Assembly: GCA_025594325.1 (NCBI GenBank)
Contig: JANHCV010000005.1
Span: forward strand, 930,001-994,000
Origin: Blastocladiella emersonii ATCC 22665
Lineage: Eukaryota; Fungi; Blastocladiomycota
DNA length: 64,000 nucleotides
Reading direction: 5' to 3'
The notes beneath the pieces were generated by a model. That model saw nothing but the letters and a program-made list of their open reading frames with translations, made no database searches and was not told the DNA's origin. Shown here piece by piece: positions 12,493 through 24,729 of this stretch. The translations under genes and the position numbers were made by a program. How positions within the stretch are numbered: the stretch's first letter is position 1; the number at the start of each line of letters is the position of its first letter.

Positions 12493-12637
12493 GAGGAGTC
12501 GCTATCGGCCGGAGAATTCAAGAAGAAACGATCATGAATAGAGAGATAAACAGGTGGTAGGCGAGGCGCACGATCGGTGCACGCGGGGTGGTGGTGGGGT
12601 AGGAAATGCGAGGGTCGAGTAGTCGGGGAGGAGGACC

Positions 12638-13185
12638 TTACTCCTGGTCGGGCATGGCGTTCACGGCGGCTAGAAGGTGCGAGAGTGGGACGGTGAGTTG
12701 GGCGGGTGGTGCGGGTCGTCGGAGCGAGAGCCGACGTACGGTTGTGGAAGGCGGTCTTGGTGCTACACGGTCGCAAGTCGCGTTAGTCACTGTTCGACGG
12801 CAGCAGCAACAATTAGCCTGAAAATCACCCGTCGCCCCAGAAAAAGCGCTTGGCACGGACGTGGAGGTAGGGGTAGGGGGTGAACTTGAGCTCGGTGTGC
12901 TTGAGGTGCTCCTGGTGCTCCTTGAACAGCATGTAGGCGTTGACGGTGGTCAGGGCGAGGGCGGGGAGGCCGACAAACCAGGTGATCTTGATCCAGAGGT
13001 TGCCGTTGGCTAGTTGTTGGACGAGGTAAGTCTCGGTCCGGGTCCACGTCGCGACCAGCACGCGTACCATCGGCAGCCTTGGCCTGAGCGGCCTCGGACT
13101 CGAGGATAGCCTTACCGGCCTCGGAGATGCGGGGCTCGGCGACGGTGGCGAAGCGGCGGGCGGGGCGAGCGAGGCGGGCGAACAT
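12638..13185 (-). CDS. COX13: Cytochrome c oxidase subunit VIa
   Basis: Presequence; LWIKITWFVGLPALAL TM; YPYLHVRAKRFFWGDG then, via two introns, TKTAFHNPAVNAMPDQE-stop. Confidence 0.93.
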
Positions 13186-13630
13186 GGTGACGACTTGAAA
13201 GAGAAAGGCGCGGCGGTGGCGCAGTTAGCCTTCCGGGCCGAGAGATCGAGTCGGCGACTTCATTGCGCCGAGCGGCGGGTGCATGCTATGCGGTGGTCCG
13301 TACCAGACGACGACGGCGTGGGTGTAAGCGTTGGCGACGGCGGCGGGCTTGCAGGAAAGCGGCGCAGAGGCGAGAGAAACGCAAAAAGCTTGTTTCCGCC
13401 GCATCACCTGATGCAGCGTGCCCGGGTGGCTCAACAGGATTTTCACGTTTTCTCTCGCCTCGTTGCCCTGCCCTTTTGTTCATCGCCCACTCCTCTGCAA
13501 TGTACATACTCGGCCGAGCCGTAACCCGGCGCAATGAACCCATGCATCTCTCTGTAATGCGGCAAGTCTAATCGCGTCGCTCGTCGCGCCCGACCGACCA
13601 GAACCCCGCCAACTCCATCAATCGACCACC

Positions 13631-13954
13631 ATGAGCTTCATGCGCCAGCAGCAGCAGATGCAGATGCAGATCACGCCGGCCCTGGCCGCCATGGAGCAGC
13701 AGATGGACACGATGAGCGACATGTTCAACCGGTACGCCGCGTCCGGTCGCACTCAGTGCGGGAACCCGCGCGCTGACCCGCTTCATCCGTGTAGGATCGG
13801 TCGCCTGTGCCACGAGAAGTGCATCGTCGGCCCGTACTACGAGCCCACGCTGACCAAGGGCGAGTCCGTGTGCACGGACCGCTGCGTCGCCAAGTTCTTT
13901 GACGTGTCGTACAAGGTGTCGGCCAAGCTGGCGGGCAAGCAGCAGCCGCAGTAG
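13631..13954 (+). CDS. TIM10: Small TIM intermembrane-space chaperone
   Basis: MSDMFNR, intron, then twin CX3C (CHEKC...CTDRCVAKFF). Confidence 0.9.
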   Translation: MSFMRQQQQMQMQITPALAAMEQQMDTMSDMFNRYAASGRTQCGNPRADPLHPCRIGRLCHEKCIVGPYYEPTLTKGESVCTDRCVAKFFDVSYKVSAKLAGKQQPQ

Positions 13955-14286
13955 GTCCCGGCCGGCATTGGTGCCGCAGCGCACCACCCCTGTAAGTTAT
14001 CCCATTGAATTTCCGAGCCTATATACACGACCATGATTTAGTAGTACACGACATAAGAGCGGTGGTCGTCGTGGCCCACGCGTCGCCAAATTTGGCTGGT
14101 GCAAAGAAGCTTCCACGGTGCGGGCGGGCGGTCGGCTTGGCGCATCGCGTGCGTGCTGCATCGAGCGCCGCCGCCGCCTCCCCACCCACCGCGCTCCCTT
14201 CCTCTCTCTCTCCCCTCGCAACTCTCCAGCGGGCTCTCCACCCTGTACACTTGACGCAACCCGGCCAACGAAACCAAACCACCACC

Positions 14287-17200
14287 ATGTATCGCGGGAG
14301 CGAGCAGCCGACGATTGGGCGCGCCATCAACCGGGCCAAGTCGGACCACGAGCTGATGATGGCGATCCGCAAGGCCACGTCGATTGACGAGACGTCGCCC
14401 AAGCAGAAGCACGTCCGCACGTGCATCATGTACACCTGGGACCACAAGACCAGCGTGCCGTTCTGGGTCGCCCTCAAGAACATGCCCATCCTGACCAACG
14501 AGATCCAGTGCTTTAAGGGCCTCATCACCGTGCACAAGGTGATCCGCCAGGGCCACCCGACCACGCTCCCCGAGGCCATCATGGAGGGCCCCTGGCTCGC
14601 CTCGCTGCCGACCATGCTCGTGTCCGAGTTCCGCGGTCCGTTTTCCGCTCTTCTCGCTCGCATTGCCTCGACGCAGCTCTAACCAACCCACCCGTGTACA
14701 CAGGCTACTCGAACCTCATCCGCGGCTACGTCGAGTTCCTCGCGCGCAAGCTGCAGTTCCACCGGCTGCACCCGGACTTCACGGGCACCTTCGACTACGA
14801 GGAGTACGCGGCGCTGCGCGGGACCGCGGACCCGAACGAGGGCTACGAGACCATCATGCAGCTCATGGAGCTGCAGTCGCACCTCGACAACTTCCAGCGC
14901 ACCATCATGGCGTCGCTGCGTTCGTCGCCCGCCATGGAGTGCCGCCTCGCTGCGCTGGTCCCGCTCATCGAGGAGTCGTACGGCATCTACCGGTTCGTGA
15001 CGTCGATGCTGCGCGCCATGCACGCGCGCGTCGGGTCGCTCGACGCCCTCGAGCCGCTGCGCAAGCTGTATGCGTCGCAGCACTTCATGCTGCGCGACTT
15101 CTACCACACGTGCTCGCAGTACCGTTACCTGACGTCGCTCATCACCATCCCGTCGCTCGGCGACCAGCCGCCGTCGCTCTACGACTCGGACGAGGTGGTC
15201 CCCGTGATGCCGTCGCGGCCCGTGACCCCGCCCAACGAGGCCGACGACGACGACGACGCCGCCGACGCCCAGGCCGACCTGTGGGCGCAGTTTGACGTGC
15301 AGCAGCAGCAGGCGGCGCGCGACGCCGAGGCGGAGCGGCAGCGCGCGCTCGAAGCCGAGCGCCTGCGGCAGCAGCAGGAGCAGATGAACGCGCTGGCGCA
15401 GTCGCAGCAGAAGCAGCACGAGCAGTGGGAGCAGGCGGTGCGCGACCGCGACGCGCGGCTGACGGCCTTCTCGGAGCAGCTGCTGCGGGCCAAGGCCCAG
15501 TACGAGCAGGACCAGGCGCTGCTCGCGCAGTACGACGCCAAGCTGCGCGAGCTGCACGCGCAGCTCGCCGCCATGGGGTCCAACCAGTCGGACGCGGTGC
15601 GCGCCCTGCAGGACGAGCTCGCCCAGTGGAAGGCGAAATACGAGGCCCTCGCCAAGCTGTACGCGCAGCTGCGCAAGGAGCACCTCGACCTGCTCACCAA
15701 CTACAAGAACCTCGCCGCGAAATCGCAGGCCGGCAACGTGTCGCAGGACGCCCTCACCAAGCTGCAGAACCAGCTCAACGCCAAGAACCTGCAGCTCGCC
15801 GAGCTCATGGCCGCCCGCGACAAGTACAAGACCCAGGCCGAGATGGCCCGCCAGACCGACGACGAGCTCGAGTCGCTCCGCCTCGCCGCCCGCAACGCCG
15901 AGGCCGAGCTCGGCCGCCTGCGCCGCGAGAAGGAGGAGGAGATCCTGATCCTGCAGTCGGGCATGGACCAGTCGCTGCTCGCGCTCGCCGAGATGAAGCG
16001 CCGGCTCGAGGAGGGCGCCGGGTCCGGGTCCGCCGAGCTCGCCCAGGTCGAGCGCGAGCACGCCGCGCGCCTCGACCAGATCCTCGACGCGATCCTGCTC
16101 GCGTGCGTCAGCAAGGCGCAGCAGGCCGGGTCCGAGCTCGAGAACCCCGCGTTCGTCGGCAACGTGACCGCCACCCCCGAGTACACGCTGTCGGTCGTTG
16201 AGCAGGTCGTCGCCGACGGCACCCACTTTGCGCAGGAGTTTGTCAGCTACCTCGTCGGCGGCGACCAGTCGGGCGCCATCACCTCGGCCAACGCCTTCGC
16301 GTACAATTTCGCCGCGCTGCTCGGCCACGCCAAGGGGTGCCTGCGGCTGACCGACGACGACACCGTCGTCGACGCGGCCGTGTTCGCGGGCCGCCAGGCC
16401 GTGTTCGCCGTGGTGCACATGTTCAACGGGCTCACGTCGCAGCAGCTCGGCACGCTCGACGCGGCGGCGCGGCCCGCGCACGTGCAGCAGCTGAGCGCGC
16501 AGGTCGCGGGCAAGCTGCAGCACGTCGGGTCGGTCATCGAGAAGCTGGTCAAGACCAAGTCGCTGGCGCTGTCGAACGCGGACCTCGAGAACGTGGTCGC
16601 CAACGAGATGGAGGCCGCGTCGCGCGCCATCGAGGACGCCACGGCGCGCCTGCGGGCACTCCTGTCCAAGCCCCTGTTCGACGCGTCGCCCGCCACGGTC
16701 CAGGTGCACGCGGCGATCCTGCAGGCGGCCATGGCGCTGATCCAGGCCATCGCCAACCTGATCCGGTGCGCGACGCTGACGCAGGAGGAGATTGCCGCGC
16801 ACGGCAAGGGCGCAACGGGCGGGTCCGCCGCCGCCTTCTACAAGAAGCACCACCGGTGGACCGAGGGCCTGATTTCGGCCGCCAAAGCCGTCGCCCACGC
16901 GACCTCGGTCCTCGTCGAGACCGCCGACGGCATGGTCCAGGGCAAGTTCTCCATGGAGCAGCTCGTGGTGGCGGCCAACGAGGTGGGCGCCGCCACCGCG
17001 CAGCTCGTGGCCGCGTCGCGCGTCAAGTCGATCGAGGGGTCGCGCACCCAGGACAAGCTCGAGATGGCCGCGTCGGCCGTGACGACGGCGACGCGCGGGC
17101 TTGTCAAGGCGGCCAAGGACGCGGCGCGCAAGCTGCACGAGGACTCGATCATGGTCAACTTTGCGCAGCTGTCGGTCCACGACCTCAAGACCCAGGAGAT

Positions 17201-17300
17201 GGAGCAGCAGGTCAAGATCCTCACCCTCGAGAAGGAGCTCGTCAGCGCGCGCGCCGTGCTCGCCCAGATGCGCAAGGCGTCGTATCACAACGTCGAGTAG
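14287..17300 (+). CDS. SLA2: Sla2/End4 (HIP1R) endocytic adaptor
   Basis: ANTH domain (KATSIDETSPKQKHVRTCIMYTWDH), coiled coil, I/LWEQ talin-like domain (FYKKHHRWTEGLISAAKAVA...EMEQQVKILTLE); one intron about 14636-14702. Confidence 0.97.
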
Positions 17301-17356
17301 TTTTGTCGTTCACTTTTGTTTTTGCTCAAAGAACCTCATTTATTCCCCACTCCCAA

Positions 17357-20246
17357 TCACAGCTTGAGCCGGTTAACCTCGTCGGCCGCGAAATCGACGC
17401 GCTGCAAGAGGACCGCGCGGACCTGCGTCGCCGACAGCTTCCGCGGCATGGGCGCGATGGCCTTGGGGCCCCAGTAGTCGAACACCTCGCGCGGTTCCGA
17501 GAGCGTGAGCAGCGCGACCAGCTGGTGGATCCCCGCGAGCTTCTCGCGCAGCGCGTGCGACCACGTCAGCGACGCGCCGGCCTCCCCCGAGGCGCCCGTT
17601 GCGCCGTCGTCGGCGCCTCCCGCGGAGGAGGTGCCTGTCGCGGCCGAGGCTTCCGCGGTCACGTACGCGGCGAATGAGCGGATGTCGCGTTCGAGGTACA
17701 GGGCGCCAAACTATCGTGGGAGGAGCGAGGTGAGTGCGCGTCGCGATTGAGGGAGAGGGCTGAGAGAACGGACCTGCGAGAACCGCTGCGCGAGGACCAG
17801 CTTCTCCCACTCGGCGAGCCAGTGCGAGACCATGATGAGCAGCAGCGCGCTGAGATTGGCGCCGAGGAGCTCCGACTACAACCACTCGCCCCATTGTCAG
17901 TTCCCGCCCACCGACCCGCGCGCGTCGTCGTTCGTACCTTGCTGTTCGCGAGCAAGTTGCCAAACACGCCCGTGAACCGGAAATTGTTCCCGATGAACTG
18001 GTTGGCGGAGCTGAGCGCGAGGTACTCGTCCTCGTCCATGGTGTAGGCCGTGTGGAGGTACCGCAGGAGCGCCGTGACTTTGGCCTTGAGGAACGTGTTG
18101 AACATGGCCGCGAGCTTGTCCTGGACCACGTGCGCCATGGCGTGCGCGAGCCGGTTGAAGGGCGCCAGGCTGAAGGCCACCTTCTCGCGCCGCTTCGCGA
18201 GCGCCTGCAAGGCTTTCGGGTCGGGCGGCGGGGTGTCGGATGTGGGCGATGAAGGCTGCTGGCCGGGGTGCGAGGCGGCCGGGTCGACGAGCAGCTGGAT
18301 GTTGCGCTCCACGTCGTCGAGGAACTTGGGCATGTACGTGACGAGCTGCTGCAGGTTGTTGAGCTGCATCTACACTCGCGTCCATTGTCAGCTCGGCGGC
18401 CATCACCACATTCCGCACCCCTCGCGCGTACCATGAGCGCGCCGCGCACGTCGGGCTTGGGGTCAGCCGCGAACGCCTCGAACTGGGCGTCGAGCTTCGC
18501 GTGGAGCACCGCGGCAAAGTCCTGGTTGACGACCGACTCAAAGTCCTGGAGCAGGTGGCACGCGACGTCGAGGTCGCGCGTCGCGAGGGCGCGTCCGACG
18601 GATTTCTTGAGGAGGAAGAAGACGTCGTCGACGCACGACGACAGGAGCGGACCACCACCCGCTCCACCGTGCGGCGTATCGAGCTCCATGGCGCGCCGCG
18701 CGTTGCTGCGGAGGTACACTTCCTCGAGGGCAATGTAGTGGTTCGAGAGCTCTTTCGTGGTGCGCTCGAGGTCGCCGAGGAGCGGGAGGCCCGTGTCGGG
18801 GGACAGCGCGCGGTCGGCGTCGATGCGCGCGAGGAGGGCGGTGAGGGTCGCGTCGGCGCCGGAAGTCGCGCGCGCCTGGGCCACGATCTGCGCGGCGCGG
18901 TGGCGCAGAACCCGGTGGTACAGCTCGGACCGCTGCAGCAAGACCACGAGCTCGGACAGCGCCGCGTCGAGCTCGCGCGCGCCAATGTCGACGTTCTGCC
19001 GCGCCATGGTGAGCTACACGCGTGGTGCACGGCGGTAGTTGCGCTGACACCCCCAAAATCAGCACGTAAGTCGTACCATCTGCGCGAGCCTGCGCTTCTC
19101 CTGCCACCCGTCGATGAGCGGAGCGCACTGGGCGATACTTTCGCGGTAGAGCCGCTGGACGAGGTAGATCGGGAACCCGGCGCCGTACGTGTCGCCGACG
19201 AGCGGCGCGTTCTGGTTGATGAGGGCGACGATATTCTCGAGCACCTTGGTCAGCAGCTGCACGTTGGCGCCGGACCCCATGGTGTGCAGCTCGCGCGCCG
19301 CGTCGGCGCACCGGGCCGCGAGGACCTGCGCGACGTAGTCGACGAACAGCGTGACGCCGAGCTCGTGCTCGCCGATGCGCGGGAAGAGGGCAAAGCACCG
19401 TAGGATCGCGGGCGCGTCGGGGGACGACGGGTCCGCGGCGGCGCGGCGGAACTCGGTCGAGATGGCGTCCTTGAGTTCTTTCCGCGTCAGGTCCAGGATC
19501 GCCTCGGCGCGGCGCATGTCGTCCTCGATCGTCGACTGGTGAGGGAAGAGCGTTTGCAGCGAGGTCGGCAGCGGGTCGAGGTCCGAGATGGACGGGCGGT
19601 GCGCGAGCGGCGAGGTCGGCGGCTGCTGCGACGCCGGGGGAGGGGTGCCGAGCTCGCGCACGCGCTGCAGGTGCCGCTCGACATAGCCCGCGGCCGTCTC
19701 CCAGTCGGCCTTTTGCATGGCGGCCTGCACGTTGGTCGTGCACCCCTTGACGTCGACGAGCAGGTGGATCCGGTCGATGGCCTTGTCGAGGTGCCGCTAC
19801 GGGTACGAGACGCGGTCAGCGCTGTCGCCGTGAGGGCGGCAGATTCGCAGCGAGCGCACCAGTTCGAGGTCGAGCCCCTTGAGCGTGCTCCCGAGCGACG
19901 CCGAGATGGCATCGCTCTCGGACGCGATGCGCAGGAACGAGTCGGCCTGCGTCGCGAGCTTGTCGATCACATCGCTACGGCACAGCGACGAGCGGGTCAG
20001 CTCTCCGTCCTCCTCTCAGTCGCTCAGCCTCACATACGACTTGTCCCAGAGCAGATCCTCGGGCGTCCTCCGCGGCGCCGCCGCCATGCCCTCGAGCTCA
20101 GCGACGAGATCCGTCTCGGCCGCCGACAGCGCGGCGAGCGCGGCCTGCACGTCGTCGAGCCCCGTGAGGGCCTCGGGGCGGACCTGCACGATGCTGCGCC
20201 TGCGCGTGCGGCTAGTCCGTGGTGGCGGGTGCGGCTCCGCTGTCAT
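17357..20246 (-). CDS. COG4: Conserved oligomeric Golgi complex subunit 4
   Basis: DVKGC..NVQAAMQKADWETAAGYVERHL; C-terminal KLSATQVRAVLLQRVDFAADEVNRLKL matches the COG4 terminus; multi-exon. Confidence 0.9.
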
Positions 20247-20436
20247 TCGTTTACGTTGCAGTGTCGGGGTTTGGAGAGCGGCGGCACTGCGTGCGCCACA
20301 CGGCCGTGACGAGGTCGGCGGCGCGGCGGCCGCGCGTCGAAACATCTCGCCCGCTGTCTCTCGTTTGGCGGCAAAGACAGCGCCGGCGACCCGGCTCCCC
20401 ATGCAACGCACTTGAACCTGTACCAGTATCCGCAAG

Positions 20437-21602
20437 ATGAGCTTCCCGGGCGTCCCTCCGCTGCCCGAGGACGCCAAGCCGATCCTGCCGTTCGTGCTGC
20501 GCGCGCAGGAGATGGCGTCGCGCGACGTCGGCATCTCGTACTGGTGTACGCTACGCCCGCTTGTGACACGACTGGTCGAGTGTCTCACCTCGTGAGGATG
20601 GTGTAGGCAAGATGCACGCGGCGCGGCTCGCGCTGCAGCTGTCGTCGGCGATCCCGAACATTCGCGGCTGGCTGATTGCGCTCATGGATCACCTTGAGCA
20701 GGTACGTCGCACGCAAGGGTCGTCTGGCGGCCTCTGACGCATGACGCACGGGTGTAGGAGAAGAAGGCCAACGCCGACAACGAGTTCATCCACAACGAGA
20801 TGGTCGCGGCCGCGCACATTGAGAACTTTGCCCTCAAGATCTTTGCCGCGGCCGACCGCGAGGACCGCGCGGGCAAGGCGTCCATGTACGCCCATTCACG
20901 GCTCCCCTCCTCGCGCGCGGGCACTAACCTGACGCGGGATGTAGGCGCACGGCCAAGACGTTCATGGCGGCGTCGCACTACTTCGAGGTGCTCGGCTCTC
21001 TCAAGGACGAGCTGGACGACGCGACCCGCGACAAGATCAAGTACGCCAAGTGGAAGGCCGCCGACATTACCAAGGCCATCAAGAACGGCGAGACCCCGCG
21101 GCCCGGCCCGCCGGGCGAGGAGACCGACGAGAACGCGGCTGCCGCGGCGCAGGACCAGCAGTTCCCCGGCGCCCCGATCCCTCCGTCGTCGCCGTACGTG
21201 CAGGCCCCGCCGCCAGCAGCGTCGTCGCCGTTCGCGCAAGCGCCCCCTCCGCCCGCGGCCGGCGGGTACGCGTCGTTCCCGCCACCCCAACCGCAGCCAG
21301 GGTACGACCCGCTCAACCTGCCGACCCCGCCATCGGTCCCGCCGCGCCGGTCGTCGGCCAACGGGAACACCGCGCCGCCGCTGCAGTTCGACCCACCTCC
21401 GGCGGCGTACGCGTCCCCGACAGCGCCTCCCGCGCCCGCATCCGGCGGCGGCGGGTCATGGTCTATGCCGAACCCGCAAGTCACGTCGCAGGTGCAGAAG
21501 CACGCGCGTTTCGTGATCAGCGCGCTCGAGTACGACGATGTGGCCACGGCCATGGAGAACCTGCGTCGCGCTATGGCGCTGCTGGCGCCGTACGAGAAGT
21601 GA
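20437..21602 (+). CDS. VTA1: ESCRT/Vps4 cofactor Vta1
   Basis: MIT-domain exons (PFVLRAQEM...ISYWC; IENFALKIFAAAD; KIKYAKWKAADI), Pro-rich linker, VSL domain QKHARFVISALEYDDVATA. Confidence 0.93.
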
Positions 21603-21645
21603 GGCCGGGTGGGAGTATACAGGTGTCTATTTTGGTTCCACTCAG

Positions 21646-22734
21646 CTAGAGCCGCGCGCGGTGGTAGTGCATCCACAGCGGCGATGATGTGGGAGAGGAG
21701 CGGGGCGGAGGGCTGGCGCGGTGGTGTCGCGACGAGGACGGTCGTGAGGAAGATGGTGGCGATTCCGCGGTCCACGCCTCCTCAGTCTCCACGACGGGCG
21801 TCGGTGCCGTCGCATCCGCGGACGCGGGCGGCGGGTACTCGGTCTGCAACCCGGGCCGGACCCCGAGCCCGAGACTCGCGTCGATACACGCGCCATGGAG
21901 AATCCTCGCCCACCCCTGCGTCGCGATCGCGAGCACACACGCGGCGACCTCGGCGGGCTCGATGAGCGACCCCTTGGGCATGGCGGCGAGGAACCGTTTC
22001 CTTGCGTCGCCGTCGAGCGCCGCGAGCGTCGACTGCTCGAACATTGAGGTCCGCGTCGCCCCGGGCGCGACACACACGACGTCGACGGGCGAGTGCGCGT
22101 GCTGCGCGGCCATGTGGCGCGCGAGGTAGCCGACGGCCGCTTTCGACATGAGGTCCGCCGGCTTGTACTCGGGGAACACGCCGGTGCCGCCGCCGACGGA
22201 GCCGAGGAAGATGACGGCGGCGCGGCGCGTTGGCGAGACGAGGAGAAGGGGTAAGAGGGCTTGTGTCACCCACAGCGGGCCGAGCGCGTTCACCTGCATC
22301 AGCGCGAGGTCCTCTAGGACGTGGTTCGACAGGCTCAGGTCCGCTTCCGGTCCCGCCGCCTCGCCTTGTTGCTGGAGCGGATCGGTGGCACTGCGCACGC
22401 CGCCGAACGTGCGGTCGAGGTACCCGTGGACGGTCGCGGACCCGAGCGCCGCGTTGTTGACGAGCACGTCGAGCTTGGCGCCAGCGGGCAGCCACCGGCG
22501 CACGGCGGCGGCGAACCGCGCGACGGACGCCGGGTCGCCCTGGTCGAGAAACCGCGCCGTGACGTTGTCGGCGCGACGTTCGTCATTGCTGGGCGGGCGT
22601 GAAAAGTACGAGTACATGACGTGATGGCCTGCGGCGGCGAACGCCTCGACGATGGCGGCGCCGATGCCCGACGAGCCGCCGGTCACGACGACGTGGAGTG
22701 GCCTCGGTGGTGATGCATGGTGTTGCTGCTGCAT
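21646..22734 (-). CDS. Short-chain dehydrogenase/reductase, atypical active site, intronless
   Basis: TGGSSGIG cofactor motif, LDVLVNNA, GS, V.CVAPG.T.T; the position of YxxxK reads DLMSK. Confidence 0.85.
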   Translation of the reverse strand: MQQQHHASPPRPLHVVVTGGSSGIGAAIVEAFAAAGHHVMYSYFSRPPSNDERRADNVTARFLDQGDPASVARFAAAVRRWLPAGAKLDVLVNNAALGSATVHGYLDRTFGGVRSATDPLQQQGEAAGPEADLSLSNHVLEDLALMQVNALGPLWVTQALLPLLLVSPTRRAAVIFLGSVGGGTGVFPEYKPADLMSKAAVGYLARHMAAQHAHSPVDVVCVAPGATRTSMFEQSTLAALDGDARKRFLAAMPKGSLIEPAEVAACVLAIATQGWARILHGACIDASLGLGVRPGLQTEYPPPASADATAPTPVVETEEAWTAESPPSSSRPSSSRHHRASPPPRSSPTSSPLWMHYHRARL

Positions 22735-23353
22735 TGTGCAAAGGGTGTGCGATGGGGAGAGGGCAGATCAGGGAGAGGGTGGCGTGCAGTGTGGCGAAGC
22801 AGCAGGTGCGCGAGCGCGTGGGGCCAGCTCGCTTCTTACAAATCCATCAGCAACTCAAGTCGAGCAAAGGGAGAGAGGAGGTTGGCGAGTGCCTCGAACA
22901 AGGTTGGGGCTCGAGTCGATGGCCGCAGCTCGCGACGTGACGCCGCCGCAGCAACAGCCGGCGGGTTGGATGGGCGCGACCAGTGGAAGCGTGCATTCCG
23001 GGTCTGCGGATTGCCCGGGTGATGGATCGGCTGATGCTGCTGTTGTGCATCTCCAGATCTCTGGCCAGCGTCGACGATGGACATGGCCACGGTGACGGCG
23101 CGGCAACAGACGCGTCGGGCGCGAGGGTGAGGAAAAATGTCTCTCGCGCGAGTGCGGTGCATGGTGCGAGACACTTTCGCGCCGGCCGTGCATTGCGCCA
23201 CACCTGGCCCGCTCAGCGACGCGTCACCCCTTGGCACCTGACCTCGATCAACTCGGCGCGCCTCGCCGCCGCCATCCTCGCGACGCTCGCGCCTTGCCCA
23301 CGCCGCATCGCCACCAGCTGACCGCGTGTGGACGATCACGACAGACGTAAACC

Positions 23354-24620
23354 ATGAAGCGCTCACAACACTCCAACGACGGGCAGCGCGGCGACAAGCG
23401 CGTGCGCAAGAACGATCTTGGGTACCGGCTGGCGAACCAGCCGACGCGCGCGCCGTCGCAGCCGCTGCCGTACAAGTCGTCCAGCGCTGCGAGCGCGCCG
23501 CCGGGCCAGTCACCGCTCGTGAATGCCGGCGGCAAGCCGCGCCACTACACGGTGTCGATGGCCGTGCCCGGGTCGATCATCGATAACTGCCAGTCGCTTG
23601 AGCTCAAGACCTACGTTGCCGGCCAGGTACGCGCACACGCTTCGCGATGCACCATGCCACGCTCACACTCGCGAAAACACGTAGATTGCGCGCGCCGCGG
23701 CCATCTACAACGTGGACGAAATCATCGTGTACAACGAGTCGCCGACGCCCATGAAGCCGGACCCGCTCAAGGACCCGAACGTGTTCCTGGCGCGCCTGCT
23801 GCTGTACCAGGAGTGCCCGCAGTACCTGCGCAAAGAGTTTTTCCCCGTGCACCCGTCGCTCCGGTTCGCGGGCCTGCTCAACCCGCTCGACGCGCCGCAC
23901 CACGTGCGCGCCGACGAGCGGTCGACGTTCCGCGACGGCGTGGTCCTCGCCAAGAAGCCCCCCGGCGGCAGCCCCGGGTGCCTCGCGAACGTCGGCCTGC
24001 GCAAGGAGGTGTACCTCCCCGACAAGACCCTGACGGCGGGCGTCCGCGTCACCGTGCGCATGCAGTACGACCGCGAGATGCCCGCGGGCCCCATGTCCGG
24101 GTTCCAGGTCGGCGAGGTCGTCTCGCGCCGCACGCCGCGCGAGGAGGCCGGCGTCTACTGGGGGTACACGGTGCGGCTCGCCGAGGGCCTCCACAACGTG
24201 TTCAACCAGGCGCCCGGCGGGTCGCCGTACGATACCAAGATCGGCACCTCCGAGCGCGGGCTGACGGTCGCGCAGGTCGTGGCGCAGCTCGACGCGGAGC
24301 GGCAAGCTCGGCGCGAGGACGACGAGGATGACGATGAGGATGTGGCGGCGCCGAACCCGCTGGGCATCTTTGGGCACAAGTTCCACCGCGCGCTCGTCGT
24401 GTTTGGCGGTGTCAAGGGCGTCGAGGCGGCGCTCGATGCCGACGAGCAGCTCGATGTGGCGGCCGAGGACGCGCACCAGCTGTTCGACCACTGGCTCAAT
24501 ACGTGCCCGGGCCAGGGGTCGCGCACGATCCGGACCGAGGAGGCGGTGCTCGTGTCGCTGGCTGTGCTGAGCCCGCACCTGGTCGGGTCCGACTCGCCCG
24601 CGTCGTCGTCGTCCAAGTGA
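23354..24620 (+). CDS. SPOUT1: SPOUT-family methyltransferase (C9orf114-like)
   Basis: TVSMAVPGSII...AGQ, intron, IARAAAIYNVDEIIVY; YQECPQYLRK; GLLNPLDAPHH; NTCPGQGSRTIRTEEA. Confidence 0.93.
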
Positions 24621-24729
24621 TGGTCGAGTAGAAGAATATACACATCAGCCTAGTTTATGTGTGCTTGCGCAAGAAGATAGAGATATAGTAGTAGGGCAGG
24701 CACGGCCCCCAATCACAACGACAAAAGGC

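Noticed and set aside
14679-17288. Very long antisense ORFs (also 28647-30359, 39344-41623, 46867-49221 and many others)
   Set aside because: They shadow real genes; strong G/C third-position bias suppresses antisense stops, and the products lack recognisable motifs.
23170-23185. E2F/SCB-like TTTCGCGC or CGCGAAA motifs in promoters (also about 6955 and 25762)
   Set aside because: Short CG-rich motifs are expected by chance at this GC content.
22735-23350. ORFs between the SDR and SPOUT1 (e.g. 22836-23513, 22983-23321)
   Set aside because: No domain or consistent codon bias; a GTAAG donor upstream of the SDR does not rejoin in frame; likely a divergent promoter or UTR.
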